Part shown: positions 59,197-64,000 of the stretch, piece after piece
How the letters are laid out: each line of letters opens with the position of its first letter
Numbering within the stretch: position 1 is the first letter of the stretch
Source: Botryllus schlosseri
Taxonomy: Eukaryota
DNA: 64,000 bases
Direction of reading: 5' to 3'
Assembly: GCA_051294905.1 (NCBI GenBank)
Contig: CM119372.1
Coordinates: 14,076,001-14,140,000 of the forward strand
Translations under genes and position numbers: made by a program
The notes under the pieces: model-generated
Seen by the model: only the letters and a program-made list of their open reading frames with translations
What the model was told of the DNA's origin: nothing
Databases searched by the model: none

Positions 59197-62100
59197 CGTT
59201 GAAAATTTTAAATTCGAGGAAGGCAAAATCGCACAAGTCCCAATCATGATGACAGCAGCAGACTTGTTTGTGTAACTTTTATAAAACTAATACTCGAGGT
59301 AAATGGTATGTCATAAATTATAAATATCTTGAAATTGAACAATATAATAGCTTTAGAAGTTGTCTTGTAACCAATCCGCCTCCATCGGTGGTAATGTTTT
59401 CGTTAGCTTTACATATATATATATATGTATATTATCCATTCTTTATTTTCTCTCTTTTTACTGGTAGATAAAAATATATTCAAACACGCATATTTCCGAC
59501 TTCGGAGCGCACACTCATAGTACAATATATCACAAAGTTTTCCGCCTATTATATAGCCGGATTTTTTTCTTCCGAGCTGCATTTTTTCATCTTAGCTCTG
59601 GCAGTAGCTGTACCTTTCTTATGGCAGTGACAATAGCAGATAGTTGAACATGTGTAGCAATTGCGTTAATCAGAACTTGGTTTCAATCATCTGAAGCATC
59701 CAAATTGAAGTGGAGCCAATTACGGAAGAGGTTATTTACATGCGTTAGTAGATTGATCTCCATTCTGCAGTTATATTTGATGAATGCACATGCACACGTG
59801 TTATCAGTATGTTATCGGATTTTGCGTAACAAAACGTCGATGTGTGGACAAAAATCGTGGTTCACAAGTTTCCCAGGACGTGTGCTCATTGGAGTGTAGA
59901 GAAACTTATCGTTGCTGTTGACGCCGTCGAACGCGATGAGTACGAAATTCATCTTATGATAACAATAATTATAGTTAAGTATCTAAACAACAACATGTGT
60001 GACAATAGAATTTTGGATATATTGTCAAGGACATTGTAGTCTATCAACGAACTATTTAATTAACTGTATTTGTTGGTGTCTATGATTAATTGTCTCCTTA
60101 ATTTGAATGTATAAGGATTTAGGAACGCTTATTCTATACAGCTCAAAAATCTAATTTCCCCTTTTCATCGTGATATACGGTGACAGATATATATGACGCA
60201 AGGTTGCTGTACAATTTACTTGTAATGATGAATACGGAAAGCATATTAGTCGGAATATCAATTCTAAAACTGATATACAGACGAGAAGATGACTATCGAT
60301 TCATAAAGATATTACCGAAAATAAATTTCATTTCGTCCCAAGCGTCAAGTGAACTCCCTAATCAAGTTACGTGATAATGTGCATGGCGTTGTATTATCTT
60401 GTATGAACAGGTGAACAGCTGGATACTCCTTATTTCAAAAAATGTGCTCAGGGATTAAAGTTTTTTTTAATTGCCAATTGCGGTTGTGATAGTATAAAGG
60501 CGAAACACGTTGATTTTCGGAGCTCGTCATGTTAATCCGGATACGCGAAATTCCTATACATTCGTCGTGTATATAATAATTCCGCAAAATTAATTCTGGG
60601 ATACAATAGCGATCGCATAATGCGCCATCAGATGCGGTGACGTGGAAGTGGAAGTGAAGAGCTGTTCAAACGACAGATTTGCAAAGATTGTGAATTAAGA
60701 TATTGGCAAAGCTTGCGGCTTTATAATAACCCCAATTTGCGAGAACATGCTTTCTAGAAATAGTTGTCATACCGCAAATTGCACCGGCGTAACCTATATT
60801 TATTGCGTCTTGTGAAATCCTACAAATGTCACTGGGAACCTCGAAATTTTTCAAATACACGCACTTCTCACTGCGATATACACTGGGATACGCGATGTGA
60901 AATAGGAAGAAAAATATGGTGTTCATCTCTATTCATTTATCTCGAATTAATTTATCTCGAATTGATCTCATCGATAGTGAGAATAAGATGTTATCAATGT
61001 GTACTTTGTCTTTTAACAAGAGAATCAGGCTAATGCAGTAATGCAGCATCTCCCCTGTGTCATTTGGACTTCTAGAATAGTAAGGTGGACAAACCGCGAA
61101 AACAAATCTGTGTCCCGCCATTACAATTAAGTCAAATTTGCCAGTAAGAGAACTGATGATTAATCAGGTCTAATTAAATCACACGTGCGGAATGAATTTT
61201 GATTTGCGACCAGGAAGCAAGTTCAATCGGTGATTGACTTTCTCGGATATAAGAACATCGTGGCTGCAAATCCATCTCGAAATATCCGAAGATGGGTAAT
61301 CCCCGTATTCTTTTCTGGCTTCGATTTTCTGCCAAGTATCAGAAGCGTTATTTCATTGACTTTTGCGAACCGACTGTAAGCTTGTCAATGTAGCGCTGCT
61401 CTGTATTACACTTTATCAATTCGTTAATTGCTATTTTGCTTTCTGAAACAAGCTCAGTGCTCACCAAGCGAAATCCGAAATGAAATGTGTGCTTCCGCGT
61501 ACAATTACGTGTTGCAGATTCTTTTTGCAATTTGACAGCAGTGGCATAGCTAACATACTTGACTAACTTGTAAAGGCCGAGATACGATAAATATCACAAA
61601 AGAAACTGGTTCAAATTGTTTGCGATCTGACTTTTACCGCAAATTCCTAGAGCTCAATATTTTCTTGTCGCTTCCATACTACCGCTCACAGTTTCGTTAC
61701 GCCGACCACCACCGATTTAGAACTTCCTTTTACTGTTAGGGATCGCCTGGTAGCTGTAGATTTCCCGAACTCTCTCATAGCAGCGAGAATAACACAAAAC
61801 GCATCTTTCGAGTCACAAAATAATTCTTCTGGTATCGCGCTAATGAGTCGACCGCGCAACGCGGACCGTGCCGAATTTTTAGAATCATGTTAATTGCGCA
61901 AATTTTCCCTGTAATAAAACCAATAAGTGTATGTAAATTGTTACACGGTTTTAAGCTTCTGAATATAATTGACGTCAAACGTCATTACTGAGCTGCCGTC
62001 TACTGAAGGCGATTGACGTTAATCGATGTCTGATTAGGCGATCGTACTGTAATTACATATGAAGTATAATTCTATCGGCTAGTTGATTATTTATTGTTTT

Positions 62101-62294
62101 GTTCCACATTTATGCTAACCTGTAATAATAAGGCGTCTGGTCTGCGCTTGGGCGAGCCAAAAGCGATCGGATGTGAAATCGGCAATACTGAACCGACTTC
62201 GCGTCTTCCTGTTGTTTTAGGAGTGCCGATGTGATGCTAAAAATACCTACTCCTCAATATTTCATCAACTGTGTTTGCCTGTATGTCATCTGCG

Positions 62295-63548
62295 CAGAGG
62301 TGGTCACTGGTCAGTAACGAAGTACTTCTACTTTTTTCGAAGTACTCAAGTAGTTTCACTCTACTTCTTGTACTTACTCAAGTAGGTCTGATTTTCGCTA
62401 CTTCTACTTCTACTTCGCAATATTTTGTGATCTACTTACTTACTTTTCGCTATTTTCAGTTTGTCAAATAGAAGTAGTTTATTCCTCCATGGAAGATAGC
62501 CTGAGGAATTTCGGGGATGTTTTCACGGAGTATCAACATTTAATTTTCATAAAAGTTGAGTTAAGCCCAGAATTTTCGTCGCCCTTCTCGCTCAGTGAAT
62601 ACGGAATAACCATTATGATTTCACGAAAGTATCGGTGAATACAATTTAGATAGCGGGTTGGCGTGGTTCCGTTCACACCGCATTGTCGCCCTTCGCTCAT
62701 ATGGAATATTTCATCACAGTATATATGGCTCATCGTAACGTTTGAAACTGATGTTTCGCAATCCAGCATTTACTTATCATATCGTAATCTAGCAGTCCAT
62801 GGCGTGTCCTAATCTGGAAAAGTTTTAGAGCTGTTTCAGCATATCACCTTTGAAATCTTCTGGACTAAAGACATGAAATACATTTTCTGTTTTTAGAAGT
62901 ATCATTTATATTTCAGTTTCAATTCCCAGTATCATATACTTTGAGTTCTAATTATTATCAGTTCTTTTGTCTGGATAACGTACATGTTGAAGTATAAGAG
63001 CAAGTGTAGCTACACAATATGGCATTTTTACGATCCATCATATTTTTTCGTTAATGTTTACTAATCACGCAAAGTGTTTACACCGTTGACTATACAACTT
63101 CTCCGTATTGCTCTTCGACTAAACTACGGGCCTTATAATATGGGGAAGGGCACCATACCATGATATTTTCTAAAACGGGCTGTTCGAGTGAACGGAGGAT
63201 TAGTATCGAATTTCCATATCGATACTATATTTTCATCTCATGATGCGGACGAATGCTCATGCTGTCGAAAATTGGATACCTCCTGGTATGCATCAATATG
63301 AATCAAGCTCGGCACCTTTCGCATATAGCTCAATTTGCACTTTTTGACTATCCATGCGAGCGAATTGCGATCGTTTTCACAACTACTTACTTACTTGAGT
63401 AGATTTAAAGTCAGTCAATTCTACTTCTACTTCAAGTAGTTTTAGGTTGCTTATGGAAGAAGTACTTCTACTCTTACTTGGGTAGATTTTTACGTCGCTA
63501 CTTCTACTTCTACTTGAGTAGCTTTCTTGACTACTTTGACCACCTCTG
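62295..63548 (-). mobile_element. hAT-type MITE with AAGTAG/CTACTT arrays, copy 2 (inverted)
   Basis: TIR CAGAGGTGGTCA; TSD CATCTGCG/GATCTGCG; collinear with the reverse complement of 43435-44680. Confidence 0.92.
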
Positions 63549-64000
63549 GATCTGCGAGATTGATATTGAACTTGTTTTAGCTCCCTTTGAACTCCTATAT
63601 ATGTCTTTACTTGTATAAGATTGTACATGCCTCGAAACTGTACAGTGTACACTGTACATATAGCGACCAAATTTTCTGTAGGCGTACGAATACTATGAAC
63701 TATTGTTACAGATGGCCAAATGTGCGGGCTGACGACACTGCATTTCTGCTGCGTGCTTTCAGTGCTACCTGCCGCAGTACGAATACGTGGGGTACAACAT
63801 AATGACCTGAACCAATGCAGCACCCACGCACAACAATTAGACCATATCACCAGCCAAGTTTCAATACAGCGAATATGTAGTTTTTGTTGTTGTGTGTCAG
63901 TCAGATCAGCTGATTTGGCTGGGCGACTCAACAAAGGTTGGAAAGGTGTGGATTGACAACTATACAACACGGGTTTTATAGTAGTTTTCATCTTCATATT

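Noticed and set aside
60400..62210. Possible 3' exons of another minus-strand gene (e.g. ~62208-62121 with AG/GT ends)
   Set aside because: Could not build a phase-consistent, stop-free chain or recognise a domain; needs RNA-seq.
63383..63997. 204-aa minus-strand ORF with Ser/Arg-rich end
   Set aside because: The SR-rich part is a translation of the AAGTAG array of MITE 62295-63548.

Overview
Eukaryotic, intron-rich genomic DNA; the gene content suggests an invertebrate chordate such as an ascidian, but that is inference. Three spliced genes can be built by hand with GT-AG introns and consistent reading phase. (1) A 5'-truncated plus-strand gene (1140-7475) encodes a largely disordered protein with five ~30-aa 'AG-K/R...D-L/I...F-E' repeats and a C-terminal cluster of DPF/DLL motifs. 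(2) A 12-exon minus-strand DEG/ENaC/ASIC-family channel (9471-37324, ~512 aa). (3) A 19-exon minus-strand secreted protease (47499-59196, ~1013 aa) with 10 TSP1 repeats and an intact trypsin domain. Introns and intergenic DNA from ~10 kb onward hold more than 25 non-autonomous TIR elements, most with readable 8-bp target-site duplications (TSDs), nested up to four deep. There are also hAT transposase remnants, a LINE RT fragment, a tRNA-derived SINE and a 606-bp foldback element. The most unusual signal is a set of 26-62-bp near-palindromic insertions; the two clearest (37 and 32 bp) have exact 8-bp and 7-bp TSDs. All calls come from reading the sequence; no database searches were run.
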